A stretch of 64,000 bases of DNA, from positions 387,189 through 451,188 of the forward strand of contig NMRA01000049.1 of NCBI GenBank assembly GCA_002633005.1. Reading direction: 5' to 3'. The stretch comes from Phoronis australis. Taxonomy: Eukaryota > Animalia > Phoronida. Under the pieces are notes generated by a model. That model had not been told where the DNA came from and searched no databases. It worked only from the letters and a program-made list of their open reading frames with translations. Each line of letters begins with the position of its first letter. The first letter of the stretch is position 1. Positions 24,561-38,500 of the stretch are shown in pieces. The translations under genes were made by a program, and so were the position numbers.

Positions 24561-26960
24561 GAAACAAATCCTTTTCACTTTGGTCTATGTCCTCTTGGTC
24601 CAGATTAAACATCCATTTAGTCTTGCCTGTAGGACTTGGTTTTTTAACTTTTATAAGGATGTTGGACTGTGGAACCCATATGACATCATCGTGATTTGGC
24701 CACTGCAACAGCCGTTTTTATATTCTCCATAGCCTGTATTTCAGCTTCCATGTCGTCGCTATCAAGTTGCAATATCCTACCTACAAACCAACTGCCTCCA
24801 AATAGCGCGGCAACAAATTCTCTTAGCAACGTGATCAACGGGCTTCGTTTCGAATTCGCAGACTTATCCCTGTGACTCTTTGCTGTCGCTCGTTAGTTGT
24901 GTTTTCCACTCAGTGCACGTTTCGATTCCGGTAATACAAACAGCACAGTAACAACTAACATCATTGAAGGCAACCAAAGAAGAACCACGGCTAACCACTG
25001 AATGGACCTTTAATGTACTCTTGAGTGGAACGACACGTCTTCCACTCAGTCCAATGTCTGCCTATAACAGTCATTTGAAGAAACAAACGGAAATGTCACA
25101 ATCTTCTTGCTAGGGTTTAGAGCCCATTTGTAAAATTCGGAAGCGTCTTGGATGATTGGCTTTTCGCTCCTTACCGCTTCGTCAGCCATTCTCTTTATCG
25201 TTCCACCACGTCCATCGTACGGACCTTTGCGTAGCCTACTTAAAAAAAAATCCACTTGGCGTCAATGTCATATATCTCTCTGTGATTTGCCATTGTGAAG
25301 AAAATTTGTTTAATGCGGTACTGACTAGTTGGTCCGTCCGTCCAACAATGAATCATTCGCACGCCAGGATCGACTTCTTTTACACGTGCAACGCGTGAAC
25401 AATAGACGGCGAGTGCGACATCTCGTCCGAGACAACTACGAAGCTTCTGTGCTTCAGTGTTTTACCAAAGCCTTCACCCATCACGTAGTACATTACAATA
25501 GGGTGAAGTGTCACACCTGTCTTGTTCCAGTACTCACCTTGTATTTCGTCGTTCGTCTTGCACGTTTAATTTTCTGCAAAATCCACTTTTAAGATAAAGT
25601 GGTGTTCTGGGAGGTTTTCTTTAAGTTGTCTCATTTTGTCGTACTGCTTTGTGACATTGTACACACGTGTTTTTCAAAGATTGAAATTTGATTCTCGAAC
25701 GTTTTCATGAGCTCCTGCTTCTCCAACTCTGCGTCTACAATTTGCATCACGATCTTCGCTTTCCCTCTTTCTGTAACTCCAACTCTCTTCCACTGCTTAT
25801 ACGCAACTCTATCCAGTAATGCGTCATTCAGTCGTTCTTCTGATGGTCTGTTTGTCGTCAAAAATGATTCTGGACTAAGTGGAACTCTGATGCCTTCACG
25901 TCGCAACGTCTTCAAAAGAAGCGTCGTATTTTGGTGTCGAGTACACAAAGAGCTGCTTCTTGTGATCAAACTTGTGAGGAGAACATGTTTCTGGCGCATT
26001 CCGAAGAGAGTTGCTAAAGAAATAGTGGCGCTCGGGTTTTCTGCAGTGAACTTTTTGGGATGGTTTGCGAAGTAGAATATCAAAACACGCGTCTGTTTTT
26101 TTCGCCTTTGTCGTTTGTAACGTCTCCTTTGCTTGGCTGTGCCCGACTGTTGCCATCCCTCTCAAATAAAGCAAAGACTTTTTTCTACTTTTGCTGGATG
26201 CACTGTCTAGATCCACTTCTTATTGGTATCCACTTCTTAACCGCCTTTCCTAAACAATGCCTGTTAATGCCTGTATTACATCCCATCCACTTCAAAGCGC
26301 GATATTTTTGCAGAATTTTCCCGAAAACAATGTGTTTCAGCACTCATTTCTTGACTGTTGATGAACCCGCTGTTTTTCTGGCGTCTTTGAGTCCAGCGAT
26401 AAGAGCGTTGCAAAACAGAATTTGTCTCTAACTGTATTCCCTCTTTTAGGTGTCAGACCTGCGGCTGGTATGTCACGTTCAGTTTTACTTCTGGGGGTCA
26501 TGGGTGATTTTGGTGGATTGGTTCTTGATCATAATCTTTGAGTCTGCTTTTGTAAAGTTTTCACTTGGGTTTTCAGTTGTTCTTTTCTCTTCTGTTCTAA
26601 TTGTCCGATATCACGATGCGCTTTGCCCAGGCCCCGACTGATTCGCTTCCTGTTACCTTTATTTGTATTACCACCATTGAAGTTCAGTTTGACGACCATT
26701 GAACATTCAGCCTGACTCTCAAACCCACTGGTTGATGTGGAAGCTTCAGCCATTTACTGTTGTTTCTTTTTCTCTCGGTAGCGGCGCACACGTTCCCTAT
26801 TTTTTTCATTATGTTTTTTTTTTCTTTCAGAGGCCGACTGATGTGACGAGGGAATGTAGTACTGGAGCCGTCGCAACCTTTTTCTAAATATCTTTGCCCC
26901 ATCTCTCTTTTCTTTTTTTTCCTTGTAGCGGTTTTGAATCTTCGCTCTGGTCAACGCCAT
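24560..26960 (-). mobile_element. Decayed DDD transposase, Sola (probably Sola2)-like, with stops and frameshifts
   Basis: Ordered motifs across frames: basic N-terminus MALTRAKIQNRYKEKK, YKQWKRV, KVDFAEN*, VTLHP, HCWTDGPTSQYR, KGPYDGRGGTIKR.AD, WP..DD..WV. Subfamily assignment is from recalled motifs. Confidence 0.75.
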
Positions 26961-27532
26961 TCTACTATCTGAAAACAGCTCAAATATTTGCAATTTTTGA
27001 TGAAATGCGAGTTACAATTTTGTAATGTACGTTGCATATGTTTTATAGAAGATTGTCGGGTTGTATTAAATAGAAATAAGAAAAGAACGTAGTCCCTCCA
27101 GAGTGTTATTAGTATAACTCATAAAATATTGAAAACTTCATCATAAAATATCATCAGTAAAGTAAAATACTAAACTGATAAGAGTAACTAGTAAAAATTC
27201 ATGCAAAAGCAAAATTATGATGTTTTCGGACGTTTTGTTATCACAAAAGCTTCAAATCTACTTTATAAAAGACAGCAAACATGATCTACAATGTCTCAAA
27301 CAAAAATAACCCAAATGGTTTGTTTTACATCTTTTGGATTCAAGCGGAAAATTTCAGTGTTTTAGTGTAATGTACGGTACCAAATGTAATACACAATACC
27401 TTTGAATTTTCCTTATAATATAAATACCTTATTACTGCCTTCTCTTGCCCAGGCCTGTGAGTGTCTAGCGTTTGATGCGAAATAATAGGCTCAAATACTT
27501 TATGAACTGGGCACAAGGTGCGTTGTACTTAA

Positions 27533-27690
27533 CCTGGCTCCCTTTCAGTAACGCTAGGACCTCGCTAAAAAGCTCGACTTAACAAGATTACGTGAGATAT
27601 TGTTGAGTTTTTTCAAATGAGAACACGTGACTTTGGATAGATTTTAGCTAGGTCCTAGCGTAGGTCCTAGTGTTACTGAAAGCACGCCTG
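27533..27690. mobile_element. MITE, Harbinger-like; related half copy near 41184-41240
   Basis: TIRs tttcagtaacgctaggacct / aggtcctagtgttactgaaa. Confidence 0.65.
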
Positions 27691-29237
27691 GCTTTGCCAT
27701 GGAGACTTAGGATCTGAACTGTACCAAGTCAGTGGAACGAATAACTTATATATGTTGAGCGATGTCAATCAAAACTTTTAGATTATTTTGTAAAAACTTT
27801 GTTTAGTACCAAGTGGGTAATTTCTGTAAGAAAAACATTTCTGTGAAGCAAAAAAAAGTTGATGTGAAATAGTTGTCGTTATCATCAAAATGACATACAC
27901 GTAAACTTTTACTTATCGGGTTTGATGTTGAATTTACCTGACTTAGCATTAGCTACGGATATAATCGAAAGAATTACTGATTTACTTTCACCAGTTCTTT
28001 CTAAAATTTGTCATCAGGTATTGCAAAGACTCTGAGGTCATCATTCGATTCGCGACATTCAGAAAAATTGAAAAATAAAGATATTTTCTGGTATGATGCC
28101 AACTCGTTTTAAGGTTCGAACACCAAGTTATAACACCGATTATTCGATTTCGCAGTCCAACCAGCTGGGTTTGAGGTTTGGGCAAGTGGTTTTGAAGTCC
28201 AACCGTTTGTTTATTCCCAAGTTGATATAGGTACATACGCTTTAGCTTTGCATTTAAGCGCACGCGCGTCTCCTTGTATATTCATGAGTGTTTGCCTACA
28301 GGTGGTATGTGCGAAATAATGCGTTTCTGTTTAGTATACTGTATATGTTGGTGCACCCGCCTAAACTTTGAAATTAGGAGAATTCACACAATTCCGGAGA
28401 TTCACAGAAAAAAAAATTAGAAATGCTGTCTTGGTCTTGTACATTTCTCGGATCACAGGTTCGCAAAACCTGCGACTAATGACGTTAACTTTATATTCCC
28501 GTAGTTATCGAATAACCGATTTTTGTTATTGTCTAGCGTAAACTTGCGTATTCTTATGGTGCAGCGACATAACTTACTTTGTTGTGACAATTTCAGACTA
28601 TAGCGCTGATTCAAATTGTCACAACTTTGAAGTATTCATAATTTGGGACGTTTTAACAAACTGGATATGTGTATGCTTTGCTTTCATCCAAAGCCCGGAG
28701 TATGACGTTAATTGAATCGTATTTTTCCACTTATAAGACCTACGGGTATAACAGGCAAGGTAGTTGCGTGCACTCCGTCTGGACCCCGTTAGTGCTCTAC
28801 TCGTAATGAAGGTTACATAACAAAATGACGAGCAGAACAAACCGAGAAAATGAAACGCATTTGCAGTAATTGACTCCTAGCGAAGACGCAACTTTTCATA
28901 CAGCTCGAAGAATCATCAGTTGCTGTCATATTGCGACAACAATGTTTTATTAAACACGTTGGATAATGCACTACTCTCCATACAGCTAGATGAATACTTG
29001 ATTGCTATCACATAATGTGACAATAATATTCTCTTGAACACAGATTTCACGGTTAAGTGGTGGAGATGTACTGGGGTAATGAGAGACTGATTAATGATTT
29101 GAAATCATTAATCAGTCATTTTAATAAGAATAAGTCATTTAAATAATAAGCTGTTTTTGTGTGTATATTTATTTGGTGTTAAATGTTTGCTCTAGTCATT
29201 GACTGATCACAGATTTAGTGGTGTCTGACCGGTCATC

Positions 29238-29522
29238 ATGTTTAAATGCGATTTGGTGATTCTCGTTTTTCTACAAGTCAATTTTCAATTTAGTTTCATA
29301 GTGAATCTAGATATGAGCAGATTTCACACGGAGAAGACATCCGCATCAACATGTCAGGGCAACGTAACTGTCGGTGCATCTTCTTTGATCGAGTGTTCTC
29401 GTCTGTGTTCTATGGATCACCTATGTGTGGCCTTCCTGTATGTCGGTAGAAAGTTTTGCTCAACTTGCAATACTGTGGAAAAATCAGGGTCAAAGAACGG
29501 CGAAAATCTTTTCGGGTGGCGG
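29238..29522 (+). CDS. Exon 1: signal peptide + PAN/apple-like domain
   Basis: Hydrophobic N-terminus; SLIECSRLCSMDHLCVAFLY....C is the PAN-type C-x3-C-x5-C pattern. Confidence 0.82.
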
Positions 29523-32500
29523 GTGAGTACGTCCAGAACCTGAAGGGATGACGAGACGGGTATATCCACCGTTAATTTGACACTTCGTGCTCTTGTCATT
29601 AGCGAAATATGTGTATTCTGTGGGCGTACTGAATTTCCTCATCCAATGTGCCTAAATTTCTAAGAAAGGGTTTTAATAGCACTTATTCCCACTTGAGAAA
29701 TTGTGACGAGAAAATATCACCAGTAACTAGAGTTTTAGTATGGCTTTCGTTTGCCTGTATTTTGGCGGCGAGATGGCATGAAGTTTTGTGTTGAGAAAAG
29801 AATGGTTTAATTAATGGCACGAGGATTAGAAATTGACCCATGAGCCATAATTTCAACATTAGTCCGTGGGCCGGATCTCATAGCGTTCATCCTTGTGAGT
29901 ACTTTGGGGGCAACCTAATTTTCTATGTGGCTAGATAATATACCTATAAATCAAATTCCAGAAAGTTCCCACGTCTACACTTTCACATTTTTTAAAAATA
30001 GGTGTTTTTGTTGCGCAAAATATTATGCACATTCCAACCACTTGGTGGCCCTTTTCTAGTGAATTGACCAATCTGAGAGCCAGATTGTATTGTTGTGCTT
30101 AGTTACTTCAATATTTCTGCTCCCATGGAGTGTGATGCCTGTATAATTCAAGATTTATCAAACAGCACAACTTCAAACTCAAATTTCTCAAAAATGTGCA
30201 ACTTTAAACGTGGGAACTTTTTAAAATTTGAAAACACTCTAGTAAATGAATAAAAAAACACCAAAATAAAATTTCCCCCCTAAAGTACTCACAAAAACCA
30301 TTTTCTAGAAGCCCTACAAATTCTGGCCCATCACGTACATGTCTTTAAGTCAGAAAATGTTTAACGTTTCCAGTTCGTTGCATCAATCTAGCGAAAACAA
30401 TGGAAGACGCATTGGTTTTAAACAATTTTCCCTGATGATTCCCAATACAGCGAAGAAGGTCACGTGGGAGAAATTATTTCTTTTGAGAACGGAAAAATCG
30501 CTAAGTACAAGACAATGGGATTTAAAAAAACATAGGCTAAAAATTACCATTTGGATGCTTTCGGGATATCCTGTTCCGACCCCTTACTGAAAAACGTTTT
30601 ACTTGCAATCCGGGAAAAAGGTTAGTTTTACATTTTGTTGGTTTGAAAAGTGTGGGGAAAACGTGCTAGGTACAAAGCGCAAACCTACCTACCCACCACA
30701 AAAGAGAGGGGTAGGGCGGGAAGAAGCAAGGGATAGTCTTACTAGACAACCTCAAGTGCATGCAACACTATGGCTTTCTTCTTGACTTGGTGTGGTGTTG
30801 TTTTTATCCTACACGCAATTGTTTTGTAGGAATTCCAAGACTGCTCCGACCCAGGTAGGCATGTTTATTATTTGAAAGGAGAAAACGAGATTGCGTGACT
30901 AACAGAAGCGACGACTTGAACTTGCTTGTAACACTTGATGGATCAATTTCAATTCTACGCTCAAATTATTGAAAGATGCTCCATTTTCAAAATAAAGATA
31001 CTGTTATATTTTTGAAGAATTGGTTGCCCTCTCAGGGTCGTAACTTCTGCGCAAATGACAGCCCCCGAGCATTGCCGTTTGAGTTGGGAAAAGTATTCCA
31101 AATTTTGTAATTAAGCAAAATGTTTAAGGTGAGCTTTCGTTCGTTGATTGTGATAAATATACCCCACAGTGCCTTACACTGCGTAGGCAGTGTGGTCTAG
31201 TTGTATCTGGAGTTGCAGCTTTCCATCTGGCTATGAATGCCACACAGCTTTGGCTCGTATGTAAATTCCCCCTTGCTCTACAAACCAGTTTATAAGTGTT
31301 CCTTCATCCGTGTTATAATTTCATTTGAAAATTGTGTTGTATTCTCCGAAGACTCACTATTGCCAGGAAAAAGTAAAATTTGAATCTGTTAATACGGTTT
31401 GCCAATCTGTAAATACAGATTGCCAATCTGTTATTAGGGAACTCTATTCTGCAATTACGAATTGCCAATCTGTAATTACGGACCCGTACAACCTTCGCTA
31501 AGAGAGCAAAGCAGCTGACGATTTGAGGGAAATTGAAGAATCATTTTTCTGTTGTTATTACGATGAGCTTCCGTCTGCTGCCACTTTGAACCAGGAAATT
31601 AAGCTGTGAGTGCAACTATGGATGACGAACACAGGCATCAAGCCCGACAACATCACTGCTACACTCTCGGATCGAAAGTCACGACCATTGGTGTTTCCAT
31701 ACATCACCAAGGTGTTGGATCTAATGGATTACTATCCGTTCTGTCTTCAAACTATACAAATTTCGTTATTGTTAGAACGGAGAATTGCACAAGTCAGAAA
31801 ATAAACCTTCCCACCATGAGGGTCACGTGTTGCTTTCCAATGTAATACCAGTTCTATTCAACTTCATTTTTCAATCCAGTGACCATGCATTTGGTATAAC
31901 TGCGAAGGGTACGGTGATCATTCGAACTTACCTTCAAGTCCTATACATAAGCCAATGATCTCAAAGATTAAGTAATGTACTTCCTGGATACCTTTGCCGT
32001 TGCTTGTGGTATCAGACCAGTTTTCATTTTTGACCTACAGCACGAATTATATATTATGTTCAGTTGCTTTCCTACCGGAAAGTTACCTACCTGTGCTGGT
32101 GACGGTTTTGGAACACTCTGAAATATAAATGACAGTCACAGGCCGAAAACGTGCCTTGGCTTCATTTTGGAATCGCGAAACGAACATGAACATCTTCTGG
32201 GCAACTGTCTGAACCTGTTTGAAATAGTGTTTTTCTTGACTGATCTGGTTAGTGAAGGATGCCGAAAAATTAAAGAGATTTCATAAACCATTCAAATGTT
32301 TAACATTGTAGAAATGTCATCAGGGTATACGGTGCCACAGCCATTTGAGAAATGGGCAAAATGCCCACACTTCCCAGCCCGCTTGCAGCTCGGGTCTGTT
32401 CAAATTTTGTGTCTCTGTTAGACATATCTCTTCGGTGGCACACTGACCAGCCCTGCTCCCTCACATCATTGACTGTAAGGCTACACGAGTGGCACAACTG

Positions 32501-35500
32501 CGCCTCCGCGAGACAAGCATTTTCTGCGTGTGTTAGGTATGGGTACCCAGTACTTTGGAAACATATGCAGAAGAAGTGTGCAGCTTGGTACATTTCGAAA
32601 AAAACTTTTCTACTCAAATGTCCCGCATACAGGCTCTTCTTTTAGACGTAAGTCGACAGTTTGGCGCCTGCATTTAATTGCGAGATTTTACGATAAAATA
32701 CAAACATGATTACAAAAAGCCGTCTTCGTCGTGAGCATTTTCCCGGCAGCAAAACGAAATATCGATTCATAATGTTAACGTCGTATTCATGTACTTCTCT
32801 AAAACATTTTGCACAGTACTGACAATTTACGCAATGTCCAATTGTGGTCAAACTGCCACAACACAGGCATGATGACTTCTGGATGCTTGGCATGGTATAG
32901 CTTGTGAATTCAGTGCAATCACGTGCCGCAACTGCCCCCCCCCTCCCCAAATAGTTCAAATTTGTTTGCTGAAAGGAGAACGACGTAGCCTGACATTTTT
33001 ATGACATACAAAGTTATGTTTAACATTTTCATGGCCGGCAGATGGTGAATCCTTCACTTCTGTTTATCGTGACAGTACAGTTTTGCATTGCATCGATGTT
33101 TCCGTGAAAGCCTAAACAGCTTTACAAGATCCGAAACTACTAGATTCCATGAAACTTTTCATTCTGATAGTATTGGTATAACGTTATGCGGTAATAAAAC
33201 GTTTCCAGTTTAAATATGTAGTACACAATACTATGATGTTTATCAACTTTTTAATTTACAAGCATTACATAATACCAGGAAGAGATAACCAGGAAGGGAC
33301 AACTGTTTTAGCGCATTTTAAGGGATATTCAAAAGTGATTTCAAAAGTAAATGTTAAAGTCGTCTGGAATCCAGGCATTGTGTTCGAAAGCTTAACTCTT
33401 TAGCTATAAAATGACACCATTTTGGTTCCCAAAGACTGCATATTAATGGTACTAGGATGCTTTGAACACGTCTTGTTTTACCCTTAAAAAGATGCCTCTT
33501 CCCAGGCATGTACTCGGGCATGATCCTCTTTTTTGAACCAACAGATGTCACTTATATATGCAAATGAGGCTCGCATGTCCTACGTCATATGACGTCACTA
33601 CGATGTCATACGACGCGAACTTCCAATTTGAACCCTCCGGTGCCGATAGCGGACTTGAAACGCCGCAGTTCTACCTGATTGGGCAGATCTAAGAAAATTA
33701 AGAACTCACACAAGTCAATGTTCAAAGAACATTGAATGTTTTTTCACATGAAAATACATTTAATTGTATTTGGATACTCTTGCATATGTGTAAGCGTGGA
33801 CTTTGTCATTTTGCTTAAATCCAGATTTAGAAGCAGGTGTTAGTCAAGAAATAAGCTGACATGCTCCCGCCACGGGTGGCAGGTGTGGTGGCGTCCGAGT
33901 CGCCGGGAAGTCCGATCCATGCATGCGCAATTCGACGAACTAATGCTAGTCGCTGGTCAGCTCCGCTATGATTCATTTGAGACGTGCGGCTTAGCTCGAA
34001 CCCGAATACCCGTGTTCTGGCTCCAAGGTCGGTTCTGGTTTGACCCAGTTTCGGGAAAAGTTTATTTTAATACGGTCATTTCCTGAAAATTTTTTTGAAA
34101 GATATGATCTCGAAATCCTTGGCCTATTGAGCTGTTGAAACACAGCCACTCACTGGTCCAGCTTCTGCCGCCACCGGGGCGGCTGGGGAAAACTTGCTAT
34201 GGAACGCGTGTCCCAAAAATGCACACACTTCAACTCCTGCAGTTCAAGTTCTTTTCCCGTCAATCACTGTGCGCGGATCGATTCTACGCGGGCAGCCAAC
34301 ACCTTATTTTTAACGTGGGTGCGTCACTGAGTCACGACGTGTCCAGCCTTTGCAGCATGCACGGGAATGTCAAGCAAACGATTCGGTTTAGAAGAACCTA
34401 AATTCATAGCATCAAGGAAATGCAAAGACAATCTTTACAAATTTACGAGCAATGACTTGAATTTTTTTTTCGATCCGATCTACGGTTTGTAAATTTCTGA
34501 ATTTAGTCTAGTTTTTTTAAAATTCAATACATTCATGAATATCACTGTTATCGTTTAGAGTCATTCTTTGAGATATGGTACGTGGTCTGATGATGGTTCG
34601 AATTTTTGCAAGTCCGTCCTTCAGCCTTCAACTAAGTTCAGTGACGCATCGCCATTTCTTACAAGACAGCTCCTGTGCTGTGCACGAATGTTTTGTGTTT
34701 TTGATGAATTTGAAATCTCAACTTCCCCTCGTGTAGTTGGCAGTGTCATGTCGGAGGTGTATAGAGGGCGCAGCACTGGAAAAAGTGGGGGCTAAAGCCC
34801 CCTCAGCCGCCCTGCAGTGCACCGCCTGAATAAATCCGTAACAGCGAAATAAAACATCACGTTTTTATACGAACTCGGTGTATTTTTAAGGGTTTAACAT
34901 CGAAGTTTGATGATTTATTGGTGTAAAACGATGAATTCAAGCGATAAGCTGACACTGTAACCCGTGTTGTGAACTGCTGAACAGACTGCGTGTGAAACAA
35001 ATTACGTCATTGGATAATTTCAAAACCTCAGCCCTGCCGTCAGGTGTCAGGTAACGCAACCGCGCGTGCCGTTATGGAGTAGAACTACTCGATCTAAATT
35101 GATACAATTTAGGTTGGTTTTGGGTGGCGTGCTCCTTTAATACGCTCCGTAAAATTTTTGCTGTACAAATTTTCTCGAATTTTCGAAATACATTTATGAA
35201 TGGTTAAGTGCACATTTTCAAGAGCGCTTAGACGACCTATGCTGCAAAAACGGAGACCCTAACAACAATTGTCCTGGTCAGGGCCCTCAAATGGTAAACC
35301 ATACACTGATACCGAGTTTTCAAAGTTCTCTTGAGTTTTCTCTCTGATCAGTATTCGAAGTCTTTCCTTTTTGTCTTTCCCCATCTCCACACCTTTGTCG
35401 GTTGCCATGGTTTAACCCTGAGGCATGCAATTTTTTGGGGGTGGCACTCGCCCTCCCCCCGCTTACTAAGGTCCTGATGCAAGGAGTCCATCGTTGGTCC

Positions 35501-38500
35501 AAGGTCAATGTTGTGTTTCAACACGCACTCGTTGTATAGCTTGAGCATTAAATTAAAGGTTCAAGAAATACAGGAGCAGTTTTGCGCATTTAATTGTGCG
35601 TGTAAAAGGTTTTATGGATTCGTACCGAATTTGTTGCTGCAACTTGTCTCATGGGCCTGTACCCGGCGCGTGATCATAAATGTGGACACTAATTCGGCTA
35701 TTGCGCAAGTCGACTGTAGCAAGGTGGCCAGTGGAAATGTAAGGCAGCAGGCCAGTGGAAATGTAAGGCAGCAGGCCAGTGGGCGTGTGTGCTTTCTAGT
35801 CTTTTATTATGAAAACCATTGAAGGCAATTATCAGCACCTGCAAACAAGAATTTTGAAGTATGGAGAATTTCAACAGGAGTTAGCTGTAGACTTAGTCGC
35901 GAAGCTGCAGATATTCCAGCCACGGTTACTGCCGATCCTTCGAAGCAATTATAGCACATATATACGATTTCGGGCAAGGGTGCGTTTTGTGTTGACGGAA
36001 ATGTCCATTGCGTCGAGGAATCTAAGGCATTTAATGATGAACAACTGTTGTGGCTCAATTTGGAAAAAACACTTAGCAAAACTAACTTCCAAGTATACAT
36101 ACTGTGGCGGAATTAAGAAATACGATTATGGCAGTGCTAACTGTAGCAGAGACACAAAGTGTGCTAAAATGATAGGAAATTAGGGCATAACATTTCTGTA
36201 GCAGATAAAAGATTGATTGGCGCAGGAAAAGGCCGAGGTCTTCAATGCTCAGAAAGATTTTGGCAGGCAAGAGACTTGCCAAGAAAATGACACAGTTGAG
36301 TCCGGGCATTTTAAAGGAAAGAACTGCAGCCAATTCCAGTTACTCGGTGCAACTTCTCTCGCCCGACGGCTTTGTTTCACGATACCGCAACCTCAAACAA
36401 CGTCAAAGAAACGAAACGCGGAGGGTGAGATATTTCAGAGTATTAATATTTATTCTTGGATACAGGTGTCCAACTCAAAATGAATAACCCACGGTCATTC
36501 TTTAGGCCGATAGCAATGTTTTCGCCAACTGAAGAACAGGAATCATAGACATCCCACGCGCTCCGTCTATGGTTCTGACACTTCAAACTTTCAACACGAT
36601 AGGTAGCCGCAGAAAGTTCGATGTTGACCTCATTCTAATTTTCTCTGCAATCCACAGTCTGGGGACGAAAACAATTCAAATCCGCTCCTCGAAATAGAGC
36701 TTGCTTAGCTGGAATTCAGAACTGCGGTCACGAGAGTGTTTTCACCTCTTGATTGCGAAGCGATCGAGTTAGCTGTGGTATCTTCATCAGCGCGTGCTCT
36801 CAGCGGGAGGTCACCGCTTTACGCACTCAAGCGGTCGACAACAACTAAACTGACGAGAGTCTCAGAACTCCCACATGCAAATTTGATATGCAAATGAGGT
36901 AGTATTTGACTACTGCGCCATCTATACATCGACGGAAAAGCTTAAATACCCGTGACTGCGTGTGGGAAATTGCGATTGCGTGCGCTGAAGTCGATATTTT
37001 CAAAGTACAATTACACCACTGTTTAAGGTTGAAAAGTGAGTTTTTTTGATATCCTTCCATAGAAAAAGCTTTAATCTCTCTGATAAAATCATCTGTTTCC
37101 TTTTAAACGAAACTTAAGTCCTGAAATTGGTCCGGGGAAGGAGGCCAAAAACGGTGGTTTAGCTAGTTGTCCCTTCCTGGTTATCTCTTCCTGATAATAC
37201 ATTATAATATGATGCAAGCCTTATAGAATACATTTCTTCTCTATGCTGTGACAATTTTATGTGCAGTTGTTAAATTTTATCAATTTACCTGCTGTTTGGT
37301 CTTTATTTTGTCTTGCGTTTTTACTGTTTCTGTTTACTGGTCTTTAAAAAAGTTATGTGTATTCTACATGTAAATATGGGTAATAAGAGGTTTTCATGGA
37401 CTACGAACGGTTATTTTACATCATACGTTTTGTTCCCCTCTGGTTTGTTATTCCAAACAAATGTGAAAAAACAAATTGTTTAGTTCATTTAAAAACGCTC
37501 GAGCCGGAGACGGACTAGGTATAACCAAAATACTACCTGAATAATTTTTGAAAAGACAACAGTCACTTTACCCAGTATAGTAAGCTTTCCTCTAGATTAC
37601 GTCTTTAGTATATCTTTAATTCCAAAAAATAAAGTCAATGTCATAATTTAACGTGTTGTCTAAATTAAAGATGCTATGTCACTTTAAAAACATGAATAGT
37701 TTGTAGCAAGTTTCACCTAGTGACTTCCTGGAGAGCTGTGTGTACAAGTATAATCGAGGAAGTAAACAATATGTAAATAAATTGCGGTTTTAAAGAAAGC
37801 ACCACAACTAACGCACTTAAAAACAAGTGTGAACGTATAAAAACCGTAGTAATTTTTATTTTACACAATCGTTATTTGATAGTGGATTATACTAGTAATG
37901 AAATCTTTGCCTTGTTTCGTTGGGTAGCGAGAATGCTGTAGGGTTTTCAAGGGATTCCCGTGTCGTCCTAAAAAGTGAGTGAGAAGTATGTCTAAATACC
38001 TAGAATTTGCACTACCAGAGACGCAAAATAACATGACGTTGAATGTAGTTCAAGGTGACGGCAAAATAGAATTACAGATCGAATGACCTCGTTGTGGTCA
38101 CCGCAAGGAGTGTCGGCCGAGTAGCCAGACCTCCAATGTTGGTGACCATTGTTGGTTAATCAACTTCATTTGCATATTCACAATCTAATTAGACTATTCA
38201 TCTTTAACATTGAAATTTAATCCTGACAGACAAAATTCCGTAACACTCTAATTCCTAGCGTCTATAACGGTAGATTTCTTTCGAAGACTTTATTTCCAAT
38301 CAAAATTACATTTGCTTTAGAAGAATTAATTTTTAAACCAGTAATATGTGTTTAGAAATCTAGTATCTTCGTCGCCTCTGGCAAGGAATCCAGGATCCTA
38401 TCTAAAAATATGTTGTATCGTCGGCATACTTGATGATATTAAAAGCTGTGATGCAGAAGTAAATTAATAATCCATTTAATACATCTCTTTTATCTCCCAA

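Noticed and set aside
32300-32960. Cys-rich ORFs suggesting a zinc or RING finger remnant
   Set aside because: Motifs are incomplete and scattered across frames; no call can be supported.
35807-36487. Overlapping 80-124 aa ORFs inside the TIR element
   Set aside because: No recognisable transposase or recombinase motif.
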